From assembly GCA_013265495.1 (NCBI GenBank), contig MU061579.1:4649146-4713145 (forward strand): a DNA stretch of 64,000 nt. The letters are read 5' to 3'. Under the pieces are notes generated by a model, which searched no databases, was not told where the DNA came from, and saw nothing but the letters and a program-made list of their open reading frames with translations. Each line of letters starts with the position of its first letter. The stretch's first letter is position 1. The position numbers were made by a program, and so were the translations under genes. Shown piece after piece: positions 1-12,099 of this stretch. This DNA comes from Vicugna vicugna. Lineage: Eukaryota.

Positions 1-153
1 GGAAATATACACAAAATGTTATGATAAATCACAGAGAAAAAAATGTGACAATGAGTGTGTATATGTCCATGAATGACTGAAAAATTGTGCTGAACACTGG
101 AATTTGACACAACACTGTAAAATGATTATGAATCAATAAAAAATGTAAAAAAA
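1..153 (+). mobile_element. 3' end of a young LINE-1 (3' UTR + poly(A)), cut by the window edge
   Basis: Cetartiodactyl-type L1 3' UTR (atgactgaaaaattgtgctgaacactggaatttgacacaacactgtaaaatgattat), AATAAA at 135-140, then an A-rich tail. Confidence 0.85.
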
Positions 154-1179
154 ATAATTTTTTTGCCTTTTTAAATAATATGATAGTTTTTAATCATAAA
201 AACAAATGTAAAGTTACTTGCAACTTAAGAATGAACAAATAAATCAGACTTAACATGGGAACATTCAAAGTTCCTTAAAACTCTAACAATAAAAGAAATA
301 GGAATATTACGGCAATTGACAATTTTACAATAGAGCATGGAGAAACTTAAAATCTATTTTTTGAATATTTACTTTATTAATATCCGTTTATAAATTTTAA
401 TTGTTATCTTTTCAGCAGTTAAACTTGGCAATTATATTTTCCTAAGTTTTAGTACAATTTTCTCAAGTTTGCAATTCAAAAAATAATAATGCAGTACTAC
501 AGTTCTTAATTCAACTTGCAATAAAATAATAAAGTGTTTTTTCTAATGTGTTTATCTAGGAAATAAACAAAAATAGCCTAAATTCACGTAAAAAGATCTT
601 TGATTTAGAATCATAAGTGCTACATAACAAAGTTTATGGGACTGCAAATAATTGATATACAATAGAAAACTAGAATTAATTGGAATTTATTTTGCTGTGA
701 ATGACTAATGAATTACTGTAATAAAATTAACTTAAATGTAAACTAATAAGTTTAAACTATTTAAAATATGCCCCTTATATTATAAATTAGAAATAAAGAA
801 TAAATGAATTAATACAAATTTACACTGAATTCATTGTTTCTACATAAACAATATGAAGAGGAAAAAACTTTAAATGCAAGTAGGCTTTAAAAGTCATGTA
901 TGTATCCACGTGCACTAACTGAATTTCAGCACTGGGATTTAGATAATCTTGATATATTTCCCAACACCCATACTGATAATACCTTGAGTCATCTGGTGAT
1001 AGAATTATAAAACCATGTCTTCAAATAATCGCTTACAATCATTTTTTTCAATGAATATGTTCATTTATATCGATGCCAAGAAAATAGATGAAAACAAGAT
1101 TGATGAAATCTTTCCTCCGATAGGAGAGCAGGAAAATAAACCCATTAAAATATAATAAACACTATTTCTGACCATGATG

Positions 1180-1950
1180 GAATAGTTAATATTAGACATA
1201 TCCCACATAAACACTTATGATGTTGAGTAAAATATACAGAGCAACTGTTCTCAAGCATTGGACAATGGACTATGAAGAATGAGCAGAGGCACTATTCTGA
1301 ATTGACCAAAATAAATATTTGAAGAGATAATGGCCACTTAGCCATTTTTTTCTAAATTAATAAAAGGTAAAACCACAGATCCATCAAGCTCATTATAGTT
1401 CAAGAAGGATTAAGCATGGAAATCACACCTGGGAACATAGTTAAATTGCTAAAAAAAAATGAAGATAAGGAAAAAAACTTTCTAAGAAAACTCTCCCCTC
1501 AAAATTCATATTATATGCAAGGGAATAATGTTATGAGCAGTAACTCTCATCTCATTAAAAACAGTGGAGGCCAGAAGACAAGAAACAGCATTATTAAAGT
1601 GCTAAGAGAGGAAAAACAAAGGCAATTTAGAAATCCTTATGCAGTCAAAATTTCCTTCAAAATTTAAGTAGAAATAAATACATATTTTTGACAAATGAGA
1701 GTTGGGGCACTAATTTTTTAATTATAAAAATAAAATTTAGGCTTAAAGGTTAAAGGAAAAAAATCAAAGTAGAAGTTGAGATTGTAAGAAAAAAAATATA
1801 GAGAATCGCAAATAGTAAATATGTGAGTAAATATAAAATACTGTTATTTAAAAAAAGTATTAAAAATTTAAAAATAATAGCAAAGCACTCTGATGCATAT
1901 AATATGCACAGAAATATATGAAAACAGTAGCACAGATGGGTAAAAACAAT
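1180..1950 (+). mobile_element. Old LINE-1 (L1M-type) ORF1 remnant
   Basis: ORF 1416-1667 (TPGNIVKLLK...EDKEK...IIKVLREEKQRQFRNPYAVKISFK) matches the L1 ORF1p motifs TPRHIIIKLLK/KDKEKIL/IFKVLKEKNCQPRILYPAKLSFK; frameshifted. Confidence 0.75.
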
Positions 1951-1952
1951 CA

Positions 1953-2824
1953 AAGGCAGTCCTGATTGGTAAGCTGAAACTGCGCAGAGTGATCTTAAAA
2001 ATTAAATACATAAGGAAATGAAAAAAACCCTTCATATTTATTTAGCACATTTAAACTTCAAACAATAGTTTTTTTGTTTGTTTAAAAAAGTATAAATATA
2101 GTTTGAACAGTTGTTCAGACCTTGTCTTCTTCTTGGCATATGACTTAGGATGTTGTTTGAGCATCTTTCTGTCTTTTTGAATTTGTGTCATAATACTTTC
2201 TAAGCATGAAGAGGTTTTCTGTATTTTCCCCTTATACTTTAAATGTCATGAAATATCTCCAAAAGTTCTTTAATGTAAAGTTTTGCCAGAGTCTCTTACT
2301 CTGGGACATCTTTATCCTTTTTGTCACAAAATTTTTAGGATTCTCTCATTTATATCAATAAATCACCTTCACTGAATTTCCCTGGTTGCACACTGAATAT
2401 CTCTCAGATTGTAGCAGTGTCAACATCCCTATGGTCAGCTATTTCTTCTATAACTTCTAATTTAATTGCAACATTGTAATTTTTACATTTTTGCTACGTT
2501 CTCAACTTTATTACTCAGTTCCCTCTTTTGGTCACCCATTTTGTAAACTGACACATGGTTTTATCATTGGAAGACAAGGAAGCACCCCGATTATATGATT
2601 TCCTGTCTGTGCATGAACCAAAAAGCAGTTGTGCAGTGGGCACTGATCATGAAACACACCTGTTACTTACATAGTGATTTGTGGACTGAAGAACTGGCTA
2701 AGTTTATTGTTTACTCACAGTTAATATGCTGCAGTATCTAAAATTTAAATGGTGAGTTGGGGCCTCATGCACATGGTAACAGAAATTCTTACATATCAGA
2801 GATGTGCAAAGCAAGGACTGCCTA
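1953..2824 (-). mobile_element. Tigger-family (TcMar) DNA transposon, Tigger13a-like, inserted into the old L1
   Basis: Perfect inverted terminal cores AGGCAGTCCT (1954-1963) and AGGACTGCCT (2814-2823); the minus-strand interior resembles decayed Tigger transposase sequence (GGAATGTTGACACTGC/GATGTCCCAGAG-like blocks). Confidence 0.75.
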
Positions 2825-2869
2825 CATTTTCTTATTTCTTATATTGTTATAAGTCTTATAAGATTTTTA

Positions 2870-4030
2870 TGTTGTACTAGAATGATCTAATACTAATTTA
2901 TGATAGATTGTGATACGTTAAGAGTCTGTATTGCAATCCTTCTAATACCACCAAAAATGTAATACAAACACGTATAGATAAAAATTTCATATGAAAGTTA
3001 AAATGCAATACTAAAAATAGTAAATAAATACTTGATTTATGCAAGCAAAGATAGGGAAAGATAAAAGTGTAGAGAAAATATAGAGAAAATAAATCACAAA
3101 ATAGTAAACTTAATGCCAATCATGTCAATAATTAAATTAAATTCAAATGTACTAAACATTACCTTTAAAAGACAGAGATTGCCAGTATGAATATAAAAAT
3201 ATCCAACTGTATGGCTTTTACAGGAGATAAAATTTAAAGGGCACAGAGAAATTGAAAGGATGGGAAATGATGCACAATACAAAAACTAATGATTGTGGCC
3301 TAACTGGCATTAATATCCAATAAAGTAGTTATTACCAAAGATAAAGATTTTTTATAATAACAAAAGGGTATATTCATCAGGAAGGCTAAATAGTCCTAAG
3401 TCTGTATATATCTCATAACAGAGCTTTAAGATACATGTAACAAAAATTAAATATTGAAGATTTTAACACTAATTTCTCAGTATATTACTGAATAAGTAGA
3501 CAAAAGTTAAGGATATAGAAATTAAAACTATCTGATTTTACCTAATTGGTATTTATGAGGCACCATATCCAACAAGGACAGAAATATACATTCTTTTTAA
3601 AGACACAGGAAATATTCACCAATATAAACTACAGTCTGGAGCATAAAATGAATTTCAATAAGTTTCAAATAATTAAAAACTATATTAGAGATTTCAGGCT
3701 GAACCCAGTAAGCATAAACAAGAAAACTATAAAATACAACCTAGAAATTTTCCAACTATTCAAAAATAAACAACCATATCCTAAATCCCTATGGGTCAAA
3801 TAAGAGATCAGTAGAAATCAGAAAATGTCTAATGCCAAATATTACTGAAAACAAAACTTCACAAAATTTGTAGACATAATTAAAGTGGTACATAGAGGAA
3901 ATTTTTATACCTTAAGGTGTATAGATTAGGAGGAAAAAGGAGACCATTTAAAATCAACTATCTACATCTCTGCTACAAAAAGCTGGAAAAAGAAAAGCAG
4001 ATGGAAATAAATAAAATAGATTAAGATGAG
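2870..4030 (+). mobile_element. Old LINE-1 inter-ORF region and ORF2 endonuclease remnant
   Basis: Typical L1 EN-domain DNA: aatgtactaaac...aaaagacagagattg, aaatatacattcttt...aatattcacc, ctatgggtcaaa, aaagtggtacatagaggaaattt; many stops and frameshifts. Confidence 0.8.
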
Positions 4031-4059
4031 AATAAATAGGAAAAATTCAAATTATTATA

Positions 4060-4250
4060 AGTCATAGGGAGAAAATAGAATTGCAAGATATGGTTAAGAG
4101 TGTATGGGGAGGGCAGAGATAGTCAGGGGAGGTCTCTCTAAGGAGATGACATTTGATTCAAGAACTGGGGGGGAAAAGGAGACAGTGGAAAATATATGGA
4201 GGCAGATCATTCTAGGTAATTAGAACAACAGATGCAGAAGTCTGATGGAG
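4060..4250 (-). mobile_element. LINE-2 fragment
   Basis: gtcaggggaggtctctctaaggagatgacatttga...cattctagg matches the L2 3' region in reverse. Confidence 0.6.
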
Positions 4251-4329
4251 CACACGAAAAACTCAACTTGTGAAGCAAGAAGAACCGCTCAATATGTACC
4301 TACATGCACACTTATGCTTGTGTACCTGT

Positions 4330-4567
4330 GCTCTCCAGACACGTGCTAGACGTCTGCCGCCCCTTCAGCATGGGTCCCAGAATGGGTCACGTGGGACACA
4401 GTTCGACCTGACCCAAAGTCTGGAACCAAACTCAGCTGACCCACATCTTGAAACAAATTTGCACCAGTACACCTATAAGCAGATAAATAATAGTTTTGTT
4501 TTGGTAAACCACTGAGATTTGAGGTGATCCATTATGCAGTATTCCTGCAGGAATATCTCTCTAATAC
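4330..4567 (+). mobile_element. MaLR (MLT1-type) LTR, 3' part
   Basis: MLT1 3' signature ataaataatagttttg...aaaccactgagatttgaggtgatccattatgcag...ctaataca. Confidence 0.65.
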
Positions 4568-4659
4568 AAATGGCAGCCATGCAGGGTAGTGATTTGAAAT
4601 GAAGAGTGGGAATGTAACTTAATTATATAATATCAGGTGATAGTGGAATATACAATGGT

Positions 4660-4825
4660 TTGGAGAGTTGTTCTTAGACTTTGAGGTACGTGAGAATCTC
4701 CCTGAAAACTTATAACCTATGTTTAATGGCTTATCCCTTAGAGATTATTATTCATTTGATCTGCCTTGGGGATTAGTAATCTATTTTTTAAAAAATATTA
4801 TCCACATTGATCCTGATGCAATTAT
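4660..4825. mobile_element. MER5-like hAT-Charlie fragment
   Basis: gttcttagacttt...gagaatctccctgaaaactt...agagattattattca...tgatcctgatgca pattern. Confidence 0.45.
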
Positions 4826-6443
4826 TTACCTAAGCACATTTGTATTAAGTAAGCAAAGTGACAGAATGCATTTAAGAAGCATAAAGCATACCATTTGTCT
4901 TCACAGTCTTGAAATATTTTATTTCTTGGGCAGATAAATATTAGAAGTGAATGTACACTTGCTTCCCCCTTTATTTTTTGTTTGGGTAAACGCTTGGTTT
5001 CACAAAAGTGAAATAAGTATATTTTGATTAATTTGGAATATCTATGGGCAGCTTCATTTCAAATATTGCTTCCCCTGAGTAATTTCTGACCCTGCTTGTC
5101 TGATCAAGTTTTTATGACTGGAATCGGGATTTCAACCGGCTTCTTTGCAGATGTTCTTCTTTTCTGACCTTCTGAGGTTGGGTTAAATCAGCTGGTCAAC
5201 GTTATTTACCCCACGGTTTGGAATTGTTATCATTTATTCTCATGCTGTCTGTATTTTCAATTACTGAAGCAGATTTTGCCCAAAATGTGGTCTGGAAAGT
5301 TCGCGTAGTTCACAGGTACCACTTGTAGAGATGCAGAGATCCGCCACTTCTATTTTCTTTTCATATAAAAAGCCTCTAATTTTATGCAATAACTTTTTAG
5401 AAACACTCTCATTCTCCCATTTTCTAGCAGCAGAAGACTTGGTTGCTACAGTTTTGAAATAAGAGCCTTTGACTTTCAAATTTGAATTTTGGAAAATCAG
5501 TCGCTGCTAGCAAGCCTTCTGTGTTTTATTCTATTGCTTTTTCCCTCTTTTTGTTCTTTATACCATTCCACAATATGGGATTCATAATATGGTGAGTTAT
5601 GTATTTAACAACACCCATGACTTCATCATAGGTTATTTCATTGTCTTTCACTCTTCATAACATCTAATAATTCTGAGTAACAATAAGCCAACAGAATACC
5701 AACACTGTACCAAAATAATGGATGGAAGCCCGAGATAGGAGTAACTGTTTGCTTTACAATCACTGTGCTTCTCTTTGTGAGCTGACAGTTCATTGACTAA
5801 AGCATTAATCACAACCTCTCTCTGTCCTCCTCGGCAGTGGTTTAGGATAATAGAGAATCATCAGGTGAGGTCATTTGAATCCACAATGTGAAATATAAAG
5901 GCCAAAGTATTCTGGGTAATAAAATGTGATTATTAAATTCTTGTACAAAGGATAGCACTTTGATGGAAACGTATTATATTACTTTAGGCTACAGACCATT
6001 GTCACGGATACAAGGAGACATGAGGACACACGCACCTGGGGAAATCAGTATCTATTTTAGTGGACTATTCTTCCAAACTCAATTTCCTGCAATAATGACC
6101 ATCTAGATCCCTATACTAAGATACAGTTCTGCTCATCATGGTCTCCTTGAAAAGTCTGATTGAATATGCTTTCAGCTTTTTTCCTAAACAAATTCCCCTT
6201 TGGACTCTGCTTTCTAGAGTGCAATTCAGTTCCCACAAATACTTCTATTTATTACTTTAATAGATTCTACCTTCCCAAACACCTTGTCTGAACTAAAATT
6301 AAGAATGTGCTCACCACTGAATGTAAAAGGACATTCCTCCTTGTTAATATCTCTAAGGCAAGAAAGGAAGAAAGGGCTTTCTTTCCATTATTTAGCAAGT
6401 TTAATTAGTGTAACTAGCAAAATAGACTAATTTAAATAGTTTA

Positions 6444-6580
6444 GGGAGGGTACAGCGCAGTGGTAGAGGGTATGCTTAGCATGTATGAGGTCCTGGGTTC
6501 AGTCCCCAGTACCTCTGGTAAAAAATAAATAAACCTAATTAAAAAATTAAATACACCTAATTACCCATCCCCGCAAAAAC
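6444..6580 (+). mobile_element. Young tRNA-derived SINE (camelid vic-1-like)
   Basis: GGGAGGGTACAGCGCAGTGGTAGAG (A box) ... GGTTCAGTCCCCAGTACC (B-box-like), A-rich segment, cctaattacc tail; same family as the copy at 7763-7876. Confidence 0.9.
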
Positions 6581-6701
6581 CCCAAATTTTAAAATAATTT
6601 AAATCCTTACAATTAGTTTAAAATAAAGTGGGTTGGTAATTTATATTTACTATAAAGCATTGAACACTTCCTGAGGACTCTTTATGTGCTGGGAGCTATT
6701 T

Positions 6702-7175
6702 TATGGCAACGGTTTATGGTATTTGAACTCCTGATATTTAATTGGATACATAAATAATCAGACTAGGATCACATTGTCCAGCTTTCTTGCAGGCAAGTGT
6801 ACTATGTGACCAAATTTGGGCCAATGGGAAATGGTTGGGCAGAAGTCACACAGAACTTTTTAGGAAACTTGCGAAACCTTCGTTCCCTTCTCATGTGTTG
6901 TTCCTTCCCGGAACTAGATGTGAACTGAATGTAAACACAGTGGCAGGAGAAGGAGCAGAAGTATTGGATCATGATTTGGTTTTCAGGGGAAAGTCTGGGT
7001 GACCATGAACTTTATGAAGCAGAACTGCCGCATCAGCACTAGGTTGCTTGATTCCAAATGACGCTAAACTTCGACATGAAAGGCAAACGAGCTTTATTGT
7101 GTGTTTGCTTGTTTTAAGTCACCGTTATTCTGGATCTCTAGCATGCTTTGCTGAACACAACCCCAGCTTATGTTA
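6702..7175 (+). mobile_element. MaLR (MLT1-type) solo LTR inserted in a MIR
   Basis: gatcacattgtccagctttcttgcag...tatgtgaccaaatttgggccaatgg...gcagaagt and 3' gttttaagtcaccgttatt; MIR sequence on both sides. Confidence 0.7.
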
Positions 7176-7360
7176 TACATACGGTATCTCATTTAATGCT
7201 CAAAACATAACTCTACAGTAAGAACCATTAGTATCCCTATTCTACAGTTAAAGAGACTCAAGCATAGGAGATGGATGAAGTTTTTCTATGTCTTATAGCT
7301 AACAAATAGAACAGCCAGGTCTGTCCAGGTGGTCTGATTCTGGAGACCATGCTTTTAGCA
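7176..7360 (-). mobile_element. MIR SINE (remaining part at ~6650-6700)
   Basis: tatctcatttaatgctc...tatccctattctacagttaaagagactcaagcataggag MIR core, reversed. Confidence 0.7.
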
Positions 7361-7762
7361 AGTATAGAAGATTGTCTTGCTTCTTAAACCCCACACCCTT
7401 CTGGGCTGTGAAGCTGCAGACTTATTCTTTGCTGTTCTTACACATCACTATTACAACGTTCAGAAATGTCAACACCTAAGATGGAAAGGAAAGATATTTC
7501 AGCTACAAAGTAGCTGAGAAATTTTCTTTCAGATACTCCAGGTTGTTTTTTTTTTCTCTGTATCAATAGGCTCATAGCTGTCAACTTGAGCTTTAAAGAA
7601 ATGGCATTGTTTAGATTCCTGTCATTCCCCTTGAGCTTGAAAATGACACTTAGTACCTGACCATCCACTAACAGGCATTAGCCTTTTTCCAGACTGAATC
7701 CTGAAGAACAACAAGCAATCTACATAAGGTGCTTGAGATTCTGAAATATAGGTGCTATTTTT

Positions 7763-7876
7763 CTTTCAGAGGTGGGGGCAATTAGGCTTATTTTTTTTAA
7801 TGGAAGTACTGGGGATTGAATCCAAGACCTCGTGCATGCTAAACACACGCTTTACCACTGAGCTATATCCTCCCCT
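7763..7876 (-). mobile_element. Young tRNA-derived SINE (camelid vic-1-like) with TSD
   Basis: Reverse complement GGGGAGGATATAGCTCAGTGGTAAAG...GGATTCAATCCCCAGTAC; flanking direct repeat gtgctattttt at 7752-7762 and 7883-7893. Confidence 0.9.
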
Positions 7877-8407
7877 GCACAAGTGCTATTTTTAAAATAA
7901 TGATTTTATTGTTTAGTTTTTCTTATTACAACCATAACATGTGTCCATGTGACATATTTTCATATGGATCAGCAACATTAACTAAGCAAACATGTCATTT
8001 ATTAATGAGCTTAGACTTCCCCACTATCTCACCCTAATTATTGCTTGTCCCTAGATTTGCATGTGTTTGCTTTAGTATCTTTGTGTCTGAATCTCATGAT
8101 GGGAGTATCAAAAAGGAAATTTGACCTAGAAGAAGTATAACTACACTGAAGGAAATATTTAGAGTGCCAGAACTCTTCTCCAGCAATGATTACACTAGAC
8201 TAGACATCAATTGCTATCACTATCCAGAAGCCCACACATTAATTCAGACTAAATGCCTTAGATCCTGACTGCTTTAGACAAATATCTCATCCCTGACTAT
8301 AACAGGCATCTTTCCCTTGGAAATTAAGAAGAGCATACACCCGAGAAGAAGGAAAACAAGTTTAAAAAATGACTGTGACCAGGAAAGGATCCTTTGGACG
8401 GCAGTTT

Positions 8408-9260
8408 TAGTAGTCCTCTCTCATCTGTGGCAATGACATTCCCAGATGCCCAGTGGATGCCTGAAACCGCAGACAGTACCAAACCCTCTATATACTATGT
8501 TTTTTTCTGTAAATACATACCTATGTTAAAGTTTAATTTATAAATTAGGCACAGTAAGAGATTAATAATAAATAATAATAAAATACATCAATTATAATAG
8601 TATACTGTAATAGAAGTAATGTGAATGTGTTTTCTCACCCTCTCTGTCTCTCAAAATATCTTATTGTACAAATTTAAAGCCTTTTCCATTTTAACTAAGC
8701 ACTTATCACACTCTGGGGTTATACCTTTTTGCAGTTTGAGGTGCAATAGTAAAATTAGCATAAATTAATTTTTCCTTTTTTACAATTTCACAGATAGAAG
8801 ATTTGTTCTTACTGGACATCTTACCAACTTCAGCATACAATTTTTTTCTTTGCTTGTTAAGCTGAGAGCATTCATCTTTTCACTTAAAAGAAGCTTTCTA
8901 TGGATTTTCTTTGGCATATTCCAATTGCCAGCATCACTACTTTTGTGCTTTGGGGTTATAATTAAATAAAATAAGAGTGACCTGGACATAAGCACTGCAG
9001 TACCTTATCAGTCAATCTGATAACTGAGATGGCTACTAAGTGACTGATAGGTATATCATGATGGATAAAGGGCTGATTCACATCCCAGATGGGATGGGGT
9101 GAAATGGCAAGAGATTTTATCATGTGACTCAGAACAGTGTACAATTTAAAACTTGTAGATTTTTTATTTCTAGAATTTTCCATGTAATATTTTTGGAGTG
9201 CTGTTGACTTTAGTAACTGAATCCTCAGAAAGTGAACCCACAAATAAGGGGAGAATATTA
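8408..9260 (-). mobile_element. MER44/Tigger7 non-autonomous DNA transposon with both TIRs
   Basis: Degenerate 23-bp TIRs at 8408-8430 and 9238-9260 (consensus CAGTAGTCCCCCCTTATCCGCGG), TA at 9261-9262. ORF 8780-8995 contains PKHKSSDAGNWNMPKKIHRKLLLSEK, similar to the Tigger7 transposase N-terminus. Confidence 0.9.
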
Positions 9261-11014
9261 TAATGAATTAGTAATCTTCCATGTAGAAGGGGAGAAAGGA
9301 GGAAGTAAAATCTAAAATTATATACACTGAAGATATTCAACTTCTATTTTACACATTGTCTTGAAATTTCCCAATTCCTTTACTTTAATCAAAAATTAGT
9401 GTGGAAAAGAGAATAGTACTTACCACACCCCACATTCTTGATTTCATTAAGAAATTGCATCATTTAATTGAATGGGCTGCAATGTGGAGAAACAGAAAGC
9501 AAGCATATGTTCCAAGAATGAAGGTCATCTGTGATATTTTACCTCTCTCACTCGCAGAACAGAAACCCAATCGACACCCTAAACATCATGAAACAACGAG
9601 CAAAACCAGTAATATCTGTCTTCATATAACGTTATTGGTATAAATTAGTTCCTCACCCCTCCCTGTACTGCTCCTTTCTGCACTGGGGACATTGTTGCCA
9701 ACATATCCAGCCACGTTCCTTTGTGGATGCTAGGGGTAGGTTTGGATTTTAATACTGTAGTTAGGTGGAGATGTCCTGAAGTTGGTGACATTCAAAATCT
9801 CACATCAAACGTGAACAAATTCTAGCAGAAATTTTCGTTCATTCCCAAAGTGCTCAAGCGACTCTTTTATTTGTTCTGAACTTAAATGAGGTGTTTATAT
9901 CCCAAGTTTCTCCCACCAGGGTCCAAGGACAGAGAGTCTAAGCACACTGACGACAGTGACTTGCTGTCTTGAATATTCTCCAATCAACTGCCATGGAGGC
10001 AGGTTTATCCTTTGGATAGAATGTACACATCTCACACTTGGACTAGATGTTTCTGTCATTTAGTGCCATAACAACTAGTTTGCACTAAGATCTGTTCTTT
10101 CCCCACTAAGTAAAGACATTTTTGGAAAGTTTTTATTTTTCTCTGCTCTTTTTGAACTGAGCATTGCCAGTCCTCAGTATTCCATACCCTTAATGAGACA
10201 TACTCTCCTACAGACTCATAGCAAAATCTGACTCCCTTAGACATAAAGGGTCTTAGCTCCTTCCCCTAGCCATCGCAATCTTATAGCCTGATCATTAGGT
10301 TTCTGTTGAGGAAGGAAATGTACACTGCATGAGGTAAAATATTGCAAGAGTATTTCCACATTTACTCTAATCCCTTAGTTACTCCTCCCTGGAAGAGAAG
10401 TGAATAATCACCAGGGTAACTTTGGGAGGATAAACAAAGCATGCTCAGTTCAGCATCTTTAAGTACTCTTAATCAAAGTCCGACTACCTTCAAGACAAAC
10501 ACATTTTGGTGCTTCATATATATATTCCACTACTGGTGTGGAACTTGTATTTTCTATCTGTTTCAAAACCCAAAGGAAAACAAGAGGATTTTAAAAACTG
10601 ACTTCCTAAGACCCCTGATACTCATTGCTGGAATCCCACCTTAAATGACCCAGACTGATGGAAAATGTTCTTCCCTACGCAACAAACGAAAGGAATTTAA
10701 CAGAATCAGCAACTGCTAAATCAAGAGTTTTCAGTTACACAATTTATCAATGACACAAACACGAATCATTGATTTCTCCCTGGCTTTTATGCACACGAAT
10801 TTTTATTCTCAAAAATGGTTGCCAGTAGACAAAGTGGATTATTTTCATATGCCTAAGAGATATTGTCACAGACTGCAACACTATATTTCTAATCCCATGG
10901 TGCTAAGGGCTTTAAGGGGTCATTCATCCTGTTTTCCTGGATCCTGAGGAATAAATTTGTAATCAAAATAGAAGCACACTTCCAAGTATTTCATGTTTTC
11001 GCTAACTTTTTTAT

Positions 11015-11268
11015 TATGGAAAGAGTATGTTAGAAATATTAAATTCTGGAACCAGACTTAATGGAATTTCTCTGCTATTATCTAGCTCATTGACTTTTGG
11101 AAGTTGGGTTTTGGCAAGTTTCCTCATCTATAAAATGGTGGTGATAATAATGTTTTTTTTTAATCTCACTGAATTCTTCTGAGTATTAAATGTTTTAAAA
11201 TGTGGAAAGCTCTAATAACAGTGCCTGGCACACAATATTTTCTCAATAAATGTTAATGATTATTATCA
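11015..11268 (+). mobile_element. MIR SINE
   Basis: agtttcctcatctataaaatgg core; acagtgcctggcacac...ctcaataaatgtta 3' end. Confidence 0.8.
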
Positions 11269-11608
11269 TCCACTGAAAGATGATAGAGATCCCAGGAGTA
11301 ATGCTGAACATACTTCTATAGGGCATATGAAGGCACTTAACCGTTTTCCACATCAACCATAGATAGATGTTTCATAATATTCATTCTTTAGCTCAATACT
11401 GTAAAATCAAATTTTTTAAACAGTTCAAGGCATGATGAACTGAGGGCATATAGTACCTATTTTAATGCAACTATTTAGAATGTGATAATCCAAACTCATA
11501 GCTATTTTCCCAGAGTTAATTTATGCTTCTTTGATAAAGGAGACGAAAAGTTTTATCATTTATTAGTAACTCTTCAGTACGCTGTCCCCATATTTCAATT
11601 TGAGAAAA

Positions 11609-12090
11609 TGTAGTTTCCCAGAACTTTCTTTTTTTTGAAGACTTTATTAGCAGAGCAAAAGTACACCTCCAAGAATGGGAGGCAGGCTGATCCAAGGGAG
11701 AATAGCAGTGGTCCTTGTTTGTTCCATCTCTTACACCCTCACTTCGAGGAGGTCTCTTGATTGGTTGATGGCTCTTGCCCCTGGAGTGCTTAGTCATGCT
11801 TGTCCCCTTTTGCAATGTCCTTACCCATGACGCACACAGAAAAACTCACGGAGGGGGCGCTTAAACTGCAATGCTAATTATATTACAATGAGCATTGGGT
11901 CATGTCTGGTTAGGTCCTTGTCACTACTGTGCAGTCACTGCTTTCAGGTTCCAACTGGTTTCTTGCTGGCACTCATTTAGAGGAAGTAAAGCCCCTTTAT
12001 GCTAAAGGTGGCATACTCCCATCTTCTGGAACATCCTCCCTCTCCTCCACCTTATCTGCCTAGTGTGCCCACTTATCAAACTATCTAACA
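11609..12090 (-). mobile_element. ERV1-type solo LTR (482 bp)
   Basis: TG...CA termini, 4-bp flanks AAAA/AAAC, minus-strand AATAAA (tttatt 11643-11648); 39/44 identity to the LTR at 57299 over 11859-11902. Confidence 0.8.
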
Positions 12091-12099
12091 AAACCTTCT

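Noticed and set aside
6444..6520. tRNA gene (also 7800-7876)
   Set aside because: A/B boxes are present, but the A-rich tail, TSD and two diverged copies indicate a tRNA-derived SINE
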